NCBI GenBank assembly: GCA_031763465.1
Contig: JARFOE010000072.1
Location: 211,507 to 244,018 of the forward strand
DNA: 32,512 nucleotides
Direction of reading: 5' to 3'
Origin: Squatina squatina
Lineage: Eukaryota
In this document: in pieces, positions 1 through 11,004 of the stretch
How positions within the stretch are numbered: the stretch's first letter is position 1
Layout of the letters: every line of letters starts with the position of its first letter
Made by a program: the position numbers and the translations under genes
The notes under the pieces: model-generated
Seen by the model: the letters and a program-made list of their open reading frames with translations, nothing else
Database searches by the model: none
What the model was told of the DNA's origin: nothing

Positions 1-1368
1 CTGCCCAATAAAGACAGTGAAAATCAGATTAGACTTCAGAGATTTTCTTGGAAAAATATACAGGAAAATGGGCTAACATAGATTAGAACAATTGGACTTT
101 TGCCGTCCATCAGGGTAGATAGAAAGGTTAAGATTACAACCAAAACTTTCAAATTGTGTGCTGCTTCTTAAGAAGACTACTTATAAATAGCAGCTGTTGA
201 TAGAGAGGTTACATGCACAATCTTCTCATCCAGATGTGACAGGATGAACAGTTTAACCAACTGACTGAATCATCAATGAAACAACCTTTAATGTGAAGTA
301 AACTTGTTTTTGTATGCCACCTTCATATGGCTCCTGTTTGACCTGCTGAGGGCTCCCTCGGTGAACCCGACAGCAATGTTGTGTTGAGTACCCAGGATTA
401 AATGTCGGGTAGGTATTAAGAGGAAATTATAATCGTCCTCACACCATTCATGTTCAAAGTTATTACTTGAATAGTCACTTGCCATACCTCCATAACCTTG
501 TGGCCTGTTAACCTGACAACATAAAAAAATACAATAATCTAGCTATCCTATTGATTAAATTAGATTTGAGCTAATCCAAACGGCTGGTTCCCTCAGAGTT
601 AGGTTAATATGTTACAGAATACTGCAAATACACTGTCGAACTCTGACTTCAGAATCATTAATTTAGATATTTGAAGGTACTGAAAACCAACAATCATTCG
701 AATACAAGTCTTGAGGTAATAAATAGATNNNNNNNNNNNNNNNNNNNNNNNNNNNNNNNNNNNNNNNNNNNNNNNNNNNNNNNNNNNNNNNNNNNNNNNN
801 NNNNNNNNNNNNNNNNNNNNNNNNNNNNTATTTGAACTACAAATTCTGGATCTAGAATTGTTTAAAAGATCATGGGTATGTGGAATTTTTTTTTTGTATT
901 TTCTTTTTACAAGCAATCTTCACAGAATGATTCTGTTTGTAAATATAGAACAAGATGATACATGGAAAATAAAAGATTTAATATAAATCTACCTCTAATA
1001 CTGCATTCCCTGTCATTACCAGTTGTAAGAGCTCATGAAATAACAGAAAGAGACAAAACNNNNNNNNNNAGACTGAATCTCACCACTAGAATTCAACATA
1101 TAAACCCAATGTGAAACATAATCCTTACAAAATATCTGAACAGTCCCTTAGAGAATCAAAATCTCCTATGAAAAACATGGTGATGACTAAATTAATGGGC
1201 GCAGCATTGTATGTCAAATCAGTGTTTAGAATACACATAATTGTCTCTGTTTTAGATCACAATAGAATTATTTTTTAATAAATAAACCTCTTTAAAGACA
1301 CTTTTAAACAGTAGAATCAGCCTTGTCCTTTTTGTCATTTGTAAATTTGTGTGTTTTTTGCCCCCCAT

Positions 1369-3389
1369 TCATATTTGTGTCTCTTGTACATTGTCCTTAG
1401 AGTTCACTCGCATCAATAATGGTTCATGCACAGAGCTGTGTAGTGAGTTTATCGTGTTTACTGTGGTGGTGTGGTTGAATGGAGCNNNNNNNNNNATAGT
1501 GGTTCATATGCTCATGCTCCATAGCGGGCATGGTCAGGTGACTCTCCACGGCAGTACTTCCCGCGATGTCATCATCTACATTGATGATCTCGATGGTCCT
1601 GGTGGGAGCATGGTGATTCTGGTGGTGATGCTGCTTGCGCATTTTGTAAAAAATGATTAACATCACTGCTGCCATCAGTGTGATGGCTACAAAGCAACCA
1701 ATAATGATCTTTGTGGTTTTCATCACCTCATCCAGGCCAGGCATGAGATTTCCTCCCGCATCAGTAACAGCGACTGTAACTGGTTTCTCCGTTGATTTTG
1801 TGCTCCGAGGCATCAAGGAGGTCGTTACAAATGTGGTATCCCAGTCACTGAAAGGTGTAGGTCTAAATTTGTCATCCGTTGTGTGTACCTGTACAGATGG
1901 TTCCATAGTCTCCACGGTGACGGTTGTGAAATAAGTGAAGGTGCTGTTTTCTGTAGCAGTCACGTTTAGTGTAGCTGAAGCTGTCGNNNNNNNNNNNNNN
2001 NNNNNNNNNNNNNNNNNNNNNNNNNNNNNNNNNNNNNNNNNNNNNNNNNNNNNNNNNNNNNNNNNNNNNNNNNNNNNNNNNNNNNNTATTCCCTGCAGAA
2101 TTACTCACCAAACACGTATACAACCCCGTGTCCTGGGCGGTCACATTTGTAAAATTTAATGTGCCATCGTTAAGCACGGAAATCCGAACTTTGTATGCTC
2201 CATGAGTCATTATTGTGCCATTTGGAGTAATCCAACTCACTGAGGTCATGGAGGTTGATGCTCGACATTTTAATTCTGCAGCCATTCCCTCAGTCAGATT
2301 GAGGTCTGTAGGAGCCTCTACAATTACTGGAGCATAGCAGTTGAACTTGTTCTGGTCCAGTTCTCCAATATAACTCCCTTTTAAACTAGGGGGCGCGTGG
2401 CAACGAGCACAGCATGTCGTGTTGGAGGGCACAATCTCCTTCAGCCACCAGCTCAGCCACAAGATATCACAATTGCAGCTCCATGGGTTGTGATGCAAGT
2501 GGACCCGCTCAAGATGGTGAAGGGGTGTGAAGAGGTCATGAGGCAGCAAAGTCAGGTTATTGTGTGCCAAGTTTAGCTCTATTAGTGACTGAAGGTCATC
2601 AAAGGCATTCCTCTCAATCACTTGAATCTGAGCATGCATCATCCACAGTTTTTGCAGGTTAGTCAAACCCTGAAAGGAGCCTGGTCGGATTAGTGAAAGC
2701 CGATTCCCTGATAATTCCAGTTCCTCCAATTTTATCAGAGGTGTGAGGTTTGGGATTTCTCGAAGATTACACATACCGAGGNNNNNNNNNNNNNNNNNNN
2801 NNNNNNNNNNNNNNNCTCTGTCAGAGATGTATTCAAGTCTTTTTAGTTCACCTAAATCTAATCTCCTAAGAGAAGGAACTCGATTGAAAGCATACGATGG
2901 TATGCTTTCAATTGGATTATTCCTCAACCACAGTTCCTTCAGTTTGGATAGGTACTCAAAAGCTCCACTAGGAATGGTGGAAAGGCGGTTGTCAAACAGC
3001 TCCAGGGTGTTGAGATTTGTCAGGCCATTGAAGGCCCCAACCTCAATCTGTCGGATGTGGTTCTTACTTAACTGTAGAATCTCTAGGTGCCTTAAATGCT
3101 TGAAGCTGTCAGCTTTGATGACTTGGATCCCGTTTTCTTGCAGGTTCAGGTAGCGCGTGTTGATGGAGATACTATCTGGCACTTCCCTCAGGTTCCGTCG
3201 TGTACAGATCACTTTGCTAAACTGGTTGCTACAGGAGCACACAGAAGGGCAGGTCTGAGCTCTGACCAAACCGGCCACCACGAGAAGTTGTAGAGCCAAC
3301 AGCAGCACAAATAAGGGGTCGAGTATGGCCCTGTTAAACTTTGGACCTATCATCATCTGCTGTGGATGCAATGTCATCTTGTTCAACAT
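1369..3389 (-). CDS. LRRC4C: Leucine-rich repeat-containing protein 4C (netrin-G ligand 1, NGL-1); whole CDS in one exon, interrupted by three assembly gaps
   Basis: The translation starts [62 protein letters not shown], the N-terminus I recognise for LRRC4C rather than LRRC4/LRRC4B. It continues through LRRNT, LRRs, LRRCT ([16 protein letters not shown]), an Ig domain (ELKCRAS...DTGLYTC), a Thr-rich stalk and a TM helix ([21 protein letters not shown]). The tail ends [19 protein letters not shown] followed by TGA at 1371-1369. Frame changes occur only at N-gaps (1987-2086, 1486-1495); the 34-N gap at 2782-2815 is in frame. Confidence 0.97.
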
Positions 3390-3393
3390 TCAT
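3334..3393 (-). promoter_or_regulatory. Out-of-frame upstream ORF overlapping the LRRC4C start (19 aa, [19 protein letters not shown])
   Basis: Sequence ATTATGAATGTTG: an ATG at 3393 lies 4 nt before the main ATG at 3389, and its frame closes at TAA 3336-3334. The ORF is directly visible; any function is inferred. Confidence 0.55.
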
Positions 3394-3439
3394 AATTTAT
3401 TGGGTGTTTGTTTTCTTGAGTTCAATTTATTACTGTAAT

Positions 3440-3470
3440 CTGAAAAAAAAGGAAAAAAGAGGAATTAGTA
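3440..3470 (-). promoter_or_regulatory. 3' splice site (branch point, polypyrimidine tract, AG) of the LRRC4C coding exon; exon starts at 3439
   Basis: The minus strand reads TACTAAT-TCCTCTTTTTTCCTTTTTTTT-CAG|ATTACAG. This is a near-consensus branch point about 25 nt upstream of the AG with an uninterrupted pyrimidine tract, 50 nt upstream of the ATG. Confidence 0.88.
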
Positions 3471-5394
3471 CTCTGAATCAGCATATCACTAACGAATTTT
3501 GTAACCTCATCGCATGACGTTTTACTGTTCAATGCTTTCCCTGCTCGGTGCTTTCACAATATGCCTGCATTATTTCCCATTGTGTTCTGATAGAACATAC
3601 TGAGCTGCATTAAGGCCAGCTCCAACTGACATTTGAAGCAAACTATACCGCCATAGGTACACAAACAAAGCCTTAAAACTGCAAAAAAAAGTGTTTTGTC
3701 AATTCTTTCATTTTATAGCTCAGTTTCAAAAACATGACTAGAGTTATTCTCACTCCCGGCAGGGAAGGCTTACCCCCAGAAGTGACCCCTAACATATTTC
3801 TTTTCTGACATGTTCATAACAGTTTCAACCATATAATGGCTACAATCACACAATTTCAAGGTATATTGGATATATTCTAAGCTTTTAAACTACAACTAAA
3901 TAATGCAATGCCTTTAAGTCTGGAAGTAACACTGCAAAATTATTGCCCAAACACTTTCTACATTCGCATTAAGTTCTGCTGTCATTTTAAAAGAGACATT
4001 AACCCATTGCAAATAAATGCTTTTGCGAGAATACCGCATAACAGAGTGTGACACAATGTATATGATAATATTCCACAGTCCAATTTACAGGCTAAAATAA
4101 AGAGGTAGGATTGAGCATGCAACTCTGTTTTGGTTATTAATAAAATGTATGCAAACCTTATGATCACCATATTTTTTNNNNNNNNNNNNNNNNNNNNNNN
4201 NNNNNNNNNNNNNNNNNNNNNNNNNNNNNNNNNNNNNNNNNNNNNNNNNNNNNNNNNNNNNNNNNNNNNNNNNNNNNCCTAGAACAAGCTGTCAATCTGA
4301 AGCATCTGGAGAATGATTAAAATGCTGCAAAACCTTGCTGACACATGTCAGTTTTGCAGTGGGACCATTCTAATGAATTATTAATAGAGCTGTACTCAAA
4401 GAATCTAAAACCCATTGGAGAGTATCAACAACAGTATTAAATAGTCTGAATGGAAAATTGGTGGCAGACTTCTGAAAAAGGCAGAGACCGACTTGCCCTG
4501 AACCCTGCTCAGGCTCTCGACTGAAACTCCTGTTAAGTGTATAATTGATTTTCTATTATTTTGATACATTGACCCTACAGGCCTTTTGGATCAACAAACA
4601 TTTTAAAGTAAATTCTGGCAATTTTTAGTGGCAAACTTTTTGCACTGTGACAGGTATTTCAGTTCACAGCCAGGACCTGATAGTCCTGGCCCTGCAGTGT
4701 GAAATAAACATCTGAAAGCTGGAGGACGATGATCTGTGCGGACGGATCCACTACACATGTCAGGGGAGGGTCTTTCCAATGCACAGTCAATCTGACTTGA
4801 GCAGAAATCAGCCAGCAACTAATATGCAAGGAGTCAATGATCCCTCTAAATAGTGCAAGTAGGAGGGTCCTTTCTGTTGCTGAAAGCATGTTCATCTGTG
4901 CGAGAGTTAGCTGAAGTATTGAGCTCCAAACAGCCNNNNNNNNNNNNNNNNNNNNNNNNNNNNNNNNNNNNNNNNNNNNNNNNNNNNNNNNNNNNNNNNN
5001 NNNNNNNNNNNNNNNNNNNNNNNNNNNNNNNNNNNTTGCAGTTATTTAGGCAAATGATAGGATCCCAAGATAGGACTCTCTGGACCCCACCCCAACCCCT
5101 ATCCTTAAGGGCTGGCAGTCAGAAAGCATAAAGCAGAGCCAAGGCCCTTCTCCAGTGGTGAGGTGGGGAAATTGGAGGAATAGTTTACCTGTGCCACACT
5201 TGTACGCTTCCTGGCAGATGGCATATGAGCAGCACTGTAAGAAGCATGGGAAAAGTGGCATGCCTGGTGTAGCATGACATGCACATCCATGCCCCATTGT
5301 TTTCAGTGGAAGCACTTCCCATTAGTTACACTCCTAAAATAGAAAAGAGCTGCTGGCCTAATAATCAGGACTAAATCAAACTAAAATATTTACC

Positions 5395-5422
5395 ATATAT
5401 ATATATATATATACATACATAC
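5395..5422. repeat. (AT)n/(ACAT)n microsatellite
   Basis: atatatatatatatatatacatacatac, read directly. Confidence 0.9.
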
Positions 5423-6924
5423 TATCTTCTAAAACAAGAAGCCAAGGCAGATCATAGAAGCCCTGTACACCATAATCTGCCCTTGTTTTGAAAACTATAT
5501 CTGTCAGCAATATCTTGGTGGTGGTAACAGGGACCTAAATGGAAGGAGAGGGAAAAATAACTTTAACATTGGAGTTAAATGCATTAATAATTAAAATGTT
5601 CTCAGAACTCAAGGTACACTTTCAAAAATGCTTTTACATTAGAGAATTGCAGCCAATGGAAAACATGACGTGCAGGAAATGTCCAGATGGTCCATCAAGC
5701 CTGCCCCAAGACACATGATTCTGTGTTTGCAGGCTGCATACCTCAGGATAAAAAGACCACAAAGAACCGACAGCACTTTCAACCCACACAGAAGTGCATC
5801 TATGCATTTATAGTTTAAACAAATAAAGGTACCTGCACAAATTAATGATGAAGAGCAGCTTTTTAAACGAAGGCATTACAATGTAATCCAATCTCCATGT
5901 TACACAATGAAAACCAGCAGGTCTATGGAGGCCATTGCTAGACAACAAACCTAAATGGGGAATGAGTGGTGCAAGGAGGTCACTCACCATGAGCAGATCC
6001 AAAATAAGGTAAAATGCCTGAAATGTGTTTCTCATGCATACGCATGTACTTCTATTCATAAACAATAGGAGCACAAGAAGCCAGGAAAACAGCAAATTTA
6101 AGATAATGAGTTTCATATGCACACTCATACTTTAATTGATGTCAGTCAGAGAAAGAAGTAATCACAAAGACTGTCACTGCTGCCATGCCTCTGTGTGTTA
6201 TTCTTCAGCCAAGCACTAGGAAGTACATTAGAACAAAACAGCTCGACTCCCTCACTAACTTAGACTTTCTCCCTCGTTTTCACTCAACACCTACCCAATT
6301 ACTCGGCAATGCCAGAAAACTCACAAGGTAAAGTAATCACTACCCTACCGCTCTGAGCTACTGCTCCAACAAACTGTGCCATGCTGATCACATGGCCAAT
6401 GTTTATGTTTGTAGAACAAACTCAAATTTTGGAAAATGGACTTCAGACAGAATTCTCATCCAAGATTCCAAATAAGATTCCCAATTTTTTTCTTTCTAAG
6501 TGCAGCTTCATTTGGGAGTGGATGTGTTAGTCATTTGTATTTGTTGGCACTTGATGCTGCAGAGTCTGCTCTGAATGGTGCTAGTCAATAATCTCATTTA
6601 TGTGCTGCTTTAGTGCAACTTTGCCCGAACCCGAGTTCATCACATAAATCCCATTTGTGTTCAGGTGCAAGTCAACATCATTATACTTGACTTCATCCCT
6701 GACACTTTGGGCAGATCACAGATGGACTTCATCACTCTCAGTCAGATATTTCCGCTGTCTTTGTTTAGTCTCACATCTGCAGTTTTCTCTTCCTCTATTG
6801 TCACTATTATGGTTACTGTTGCCACCATTACTAATAGTGATTTTGTACACCAATTTTGTTCAGCTGGAAGCATAGAATTGAACACTGCTCAATAAATGCA
6901 TAGACCAGCCTAGCCAATGTGCAG

Positions 6925-7399
6925 CAACAACAAATTGCAATAATTTAGCATTTTTAAAGCAGAAAACATCTTAAGACATCCCACAGAGGAGAAGCAGATG
7001 TCAGGCAATGGAAGAGTTAAGGGAAATGACTGAACATAATATTGGTTTTTGAAGAGTCTTGTAAAAGCAAGATGAAAAAAGTAGCAAGCCAGAGGAGTTT
7101 AGGAAGGAGGTTCAAAGTAATAGTCCCAAGATGGCTGAAGGCTATGCTGCCAATCGTAGAGTTGGGCGGAGATGCACATGAGGCCAGGATTAGAGTGACA
7201 GCTGATAGGGTAGATAAAGTTCATAGGTGGACCTGTAAAAGAGAATAAGAATGAGGATATTGACTTTGACATGTTGGCAGGATGGTGTGCCCATGGAGGT
7301 CAGCAGGGATGGGGGTGTTGGGTGAGCAGAACTCAATGCAGGACCAATGCAAGCAACAGAGCTTTGGATGAGTTGGAGCTTGTGGAAGGTGGATCTTCG
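6925..7399 (-). mobile_element. Decayed L2-clade LINE, 3' end of ORF2 plus tail
   Basis: Minus-strand translation gives STFHKLQLIQSSVACI (L2 'KLQLIQNSAAR' motif) and IGSIAFSHLGTITLNLLPK ('GGRAFS..GP.LWNSLP' motif). It ends in a degenerate L2 tail with (TTG)n and is cut by the gap at 7400. Confidence 0.75.
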
Positions 7400-7499
7400 N
7401 NNNNNNNNNNNNNNNNNNNNNNNNNNNNNNNNNNNNNNNNNNNNNNNNNNNNNNNNNNNNNNNNNNNNNNNNNNNNNNNNNNNNNNNNNNNNNNNNNNN

Positions 7500-7583
7500 C
7501 GCCTGCATTTTCGTGCCGAAAGTGCCTTTACGCCAGTTTTGCGCCGATTTCGCGCTAGAATCTTTACCTCAAATTGGCCGCCC
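7500..7583. mobile_element. End of a CpG-rich MITE-like DNA element
   Basis: A CpG-rich segment next to a gap ends CAAATTGGCCGCCC before AT-rich flank. It resembles the terminus CAATTGGGCCACCC at 24449-24462. Confidence 0.5.
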
Positions 7584-8441
7584 TAGGCCTTTTACAAGAA
7601 AAGCAATGTCTTCCTAAGGATGCCTTTGAACAGCAAAGAAAATGTAAAATTGTAATGCTGTCAATGTTCGGGATGTAGATAGCCCTTTGGTATTCTTTCA
7701 TTAATATTCAGTATGGTGTCATAAACATTTCATAATTCACACTTGACATAAATATTCAGCTATGGTTAAATTCATTTTTATTTCACATACAAATATAGTT
7801 GTAACCTGTGTTTAACAGGTTTGGGGTGTCAAACTCCCACCAGCAGATATTATTCTGCTCTTTGATTTGTAGATTGCTAATTTGACTTCATATCATCTCA
7901 TTCCCTGTTGTCTCACAAGCGCCCTTTCCTTATACATATTACCCTTCATTGTTCAATGCCATTAAATGTTTAAAAAGATACAGAGGATCAAGGGTTTACA
8001 CTGAAATGGTGAAAGCAGATCATAATTGGCAGCTCTGAATAATTCACGGAGGAAGATATCTTCAATACCATCTCTCTTTCTCTCTTGGTTTCCATAACCA
8101 CATCAAATACTACCAAGATTATACACAGCTTTTCTGTATTCAACATGCTCTCTCAGGGTAATAGACTCAACAGCATTAATTAGTTCATTTATCCTTGAAG
8201 CTCAGTTCTATGCCACTGAGTACTTAAATATTAATATCGCATTAAAGAAATGTAATAAATGTTAAAATTATTAAAAATATTGCTGAGCAAGATTGACTGG
8301 CCAATAATAATAGATAAATAAGTGTAAGTGTATAGATAAAGNNNNNNNNNNNNNNNNNNNNNNNNNNNNNNNNNNNNNNNNNNNNNNNNNNNNNNNNNNN
8401 NNNNNNNNNNNNNNNNNNNNNNNNNNNNNNNNNNNNNNNNN

Positions 8442-8620
8442 AAAAATACAGATTATCTGGCCATTACCACATTGCTGTTTGTGGGTGCTTGCTGTGTGCA
8501 AATTGGCTGCCACGTTTCCTACATTACAACAGTGACTACACTCCAAAAGTAATTCACTGGCTGTAAAGCACTTTGGGACATCCAGTGGTTGTGAAAGGCG
8601 CTATATAAATGCATATCTTT
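8442..8620 (+). mobile_element. Deu-domain SINE (SacSINE1/AmnSINE1-like), 3' half with L2-like tail
   Basis: CATTGCTGTTTGTGGG..CTTGCTGTGTGCAAATTGGCTGCCACGTTTCCTACATTACAACAGTGACTACAC...GTGAAAGGCGCTATATAAATGCA matches my recollection of the shark DeuSINE 3' region. The 5' part is in the gap. Confidence 0.8.
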
Positions 8621-10730
8621 ACAGATCACAATCTAAAATTAACTAAGGAAACTTAAGCAAAATAAAATAATTGCTGGGTCATTTAAGATTCGACTGCAAA
8701 CAGTTGGATAGTTTATCTGTGAAGATTGGAGACATATGAATTAAAATCTGAATATTAAAACCATGGAACAGTGTTGGTAGGTCTTTGAAAGTTCAGCTTA
8801 TAATAGCAGTACTTCATCTGGGGAAGTAAAGATCTACAACAGAAAATTTAAACTAAACTTGTCTCCATCTGTGGTTTGCTGGATCATTACAAGTGACTTA
8901 CTCCTGTGCTGGCTAAAATCAGATGGCTTGCCCGACTGTAGCATACAGAACCATGCAACTGCACTTATTATCATCATTACAAACCTTTCTCATCTGTGAG
9001 TTCTGGGACAGACTATGTTGGGGTACTGATTCTTGTGTTTGTGGTTGCTTCTGAGAGCCTGAAGCCTGGCCAGGAGTAGAGGTAGGGACAGGTATTGGTA
9101 TCTGCGCCTGGGTTTGTGAGTGAGACTGCAAAATAAAGATAAAACGATAACAAATTATCAGTGCAAATTACATTACATTTTTATATATATATTGTTTTCA
9201 CCCATATAGGAGCAATGGGACTGTCCCAATTGGTTCAATTCAAGTAATGGTCTCCTAATTACCACATTGGAAAATGTGACATTGCAACAAAAGAATCAGG
9301 ATACTTTAGGATTGGTACTTTCCCTACATATTAATGAACAAAGGCTGATCTGAGAATATACAGGTAATGTGTGCTACATGCAGGAATTCTGACATACCCG
9401 TTCCTTACGCATTGGGAGTTTGGGATTTAACCTTTGCAGACTGAGTTGCTGCAGCTTATAATTGTGGGGATACCCCAGGATTTGAATTTATAATATACTT
9501 TTCTATACAGCTATATGAACACTGAAAATAAATGACTGTCCTTTTAGTGCAAGCTGGTTATCACTCTTTGTTCTATGAGCTGGAAATTAATTTAGCACAG
9601 TAAGCAGCAAACACAGAATAAAGTCAAATCCAGTTACTCTACCTGTAATTTAACATTTCCTGTGGGTAAATGCTTTGAGTCACTGCAGAGGTTTGTATTC
9701 TGTGCTTGGATGGCCAATGGGAGAAAAAGCTGAGTTCCCGTCTGAGTGGTCAGCAAAGCATGAGGCTGAGCCTGGGCAATAACCGCAGTCGGCGTTTGTC
9801 TTGGTGGGCTTACATAAAACTGTGAGACTGCATTCTGTTGTTTAGCAGTTGACAGTGGAGCTTCCTGTTTTACTAGCAAAGCATTTCTCTTCATTGCATT
9901 CTGGCTGCATGTATTGTTGCTCAATTTTTATACGCTTGTCAGTCAAATCCTTTCAAGCCTCATAAACTCTGGCATTCTCGCAGTGTGTGAAGTGCCCCAG
10001 GCAAGTTAGCAAATAGAAACTGGTGAGCACTGTCAGAATCCAATCCTTTAATTAGGCTGCTTTGCGCAGTGAAATATTTACCTCTACAAGCAGCTGTTCA
10101 ATCACGAAAATGTCTCTGATTAAACTAAAACCTGCAGAACGTTATAGGGAAAACACACGCTGTGTTCTTGTGGAGCCTCATCTTTTCTGAACTGTTGATT
10201 AATAAACCTGATGCTCCAGAGGTATCCAACGCTGCATCTAGTCAACGAGCATGAAGAATTCTATGGTGGCACATAAACTGCTCAAGTACTGCTCCTTCGC
10301 AGCAAGTCACCTATTCATGCACAGGAAAAATATTGAAAGATTTCCCAGGTAAGTAGCCCATTGTTTGATTTGTTTTTAGATGGCACAAAGTTGCTACAGG
10401 TCGTATATAATGTGAGCATATTTTCGGGCAAGAGGTCAATCAGTCAACTGGTACTGTACTATGGGGCCTGTTGACTTGGTGACTTCTTTCCCTAAAACCC
10501 TTTATTCTGAAGGATTTAAAGATCTTGGTTCATGTTTTCCTATCTCAGCAAAACCGTATTTGCGCTGGTCTATATGTCAGGCATACGCATGCCGAAAACA
10601 TGGGGTGTCAGCTGTGCAGAATGTTCTGACTTTAGCTCCACCTCCTATCTTGACCAGCCTAAAGGCCTGCAGTATGCTTGGCATGGGTTTTTAAATTCAG
10701 TGCAGGAGCAGCTTCTAAAGGGCTGGAGCT

Positions 10731-10840
10731 TTCCAAAAATTCAGGAATTGTGCCTTTGGAAAATTGCAAATATCATTCTATTATTTAAGAACTGAAAGAG
10801 GGAGAAACCAGGTACCTGCAGGCCTGTTAGTTTATCAATT
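10731..10840 (+). mobile_element. CR1-type LINE ORF2 fragment (pre-RT region)
   Basis: Translates SGIVP/WKIANIILLFKN*KREKPGTCRPVSLS, a decayed 'VP.DWK.ANV.PLFKKG...PGNYRPVSLTS' motif. Confidence 0.8.
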
Positions 10841-10850
10841 ATGATGAAGT

Positions 10851-11004
10851 TCATATCAGCCTCCTCCTGAGGTCCCCACCATCACAGAAGCCAGTCTTCA
10901 GCCAATCTGATTCACTCCACGTGATATCAAGGAACGGCTTAGCGCACTGGATACAGCAAAGGTTATGGGCCCCAACAAGATACTGGCTGTCATGCTGAAG
11001 ACTT
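10851..11004 (+). mobile_element. LINE (CR1-group) ORF2 fragment, EN-RT linker
   Basis: Translates PPPEVPTITEASLQPI*FTPRDIKERLSALDTAKVMGPNKILAVMLKT, containing the 'L..L...KA.GPD.I...LK' motif. Confidence 0.75.

Noticed and set aside
1261-1290. Possible LRRC4C polyadenylation signal (ATTAAA on the minus strand near 1274-1279)
   Set aside because: It is a variant hexamer in very AT-rich DNA, so the 3' end cannot be placed from sequence alone.
1349-3293. Plus-strand ORFs (1349-1660, 1653-1934, 1935-2159, 2743-3153, 3096-3293)
   Set aside because: They are antisense shadows of the LRRC4C CDS with no independent protein features.
1872-3389. 505-aa ORF read as a secreted, TM-less LRRC4C isoform
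   Set aside because: The frameshift and early stop come from the 100-N placeholder; the flanks join in frame.
4669-4690. 8-bp hairpin GCCAGGAC-ctgata-GTCCTGGC
   Set aside because: Too short to imply an ncRNA; probably chance or part of a decayed repeat.
9634-9924. 96-aa Q/T/A-rich minus-strand ORF
   Set aside because: It has a TTG start, an in-frame stop two codons upstream, no fitting acceptor and no recognisable homology.
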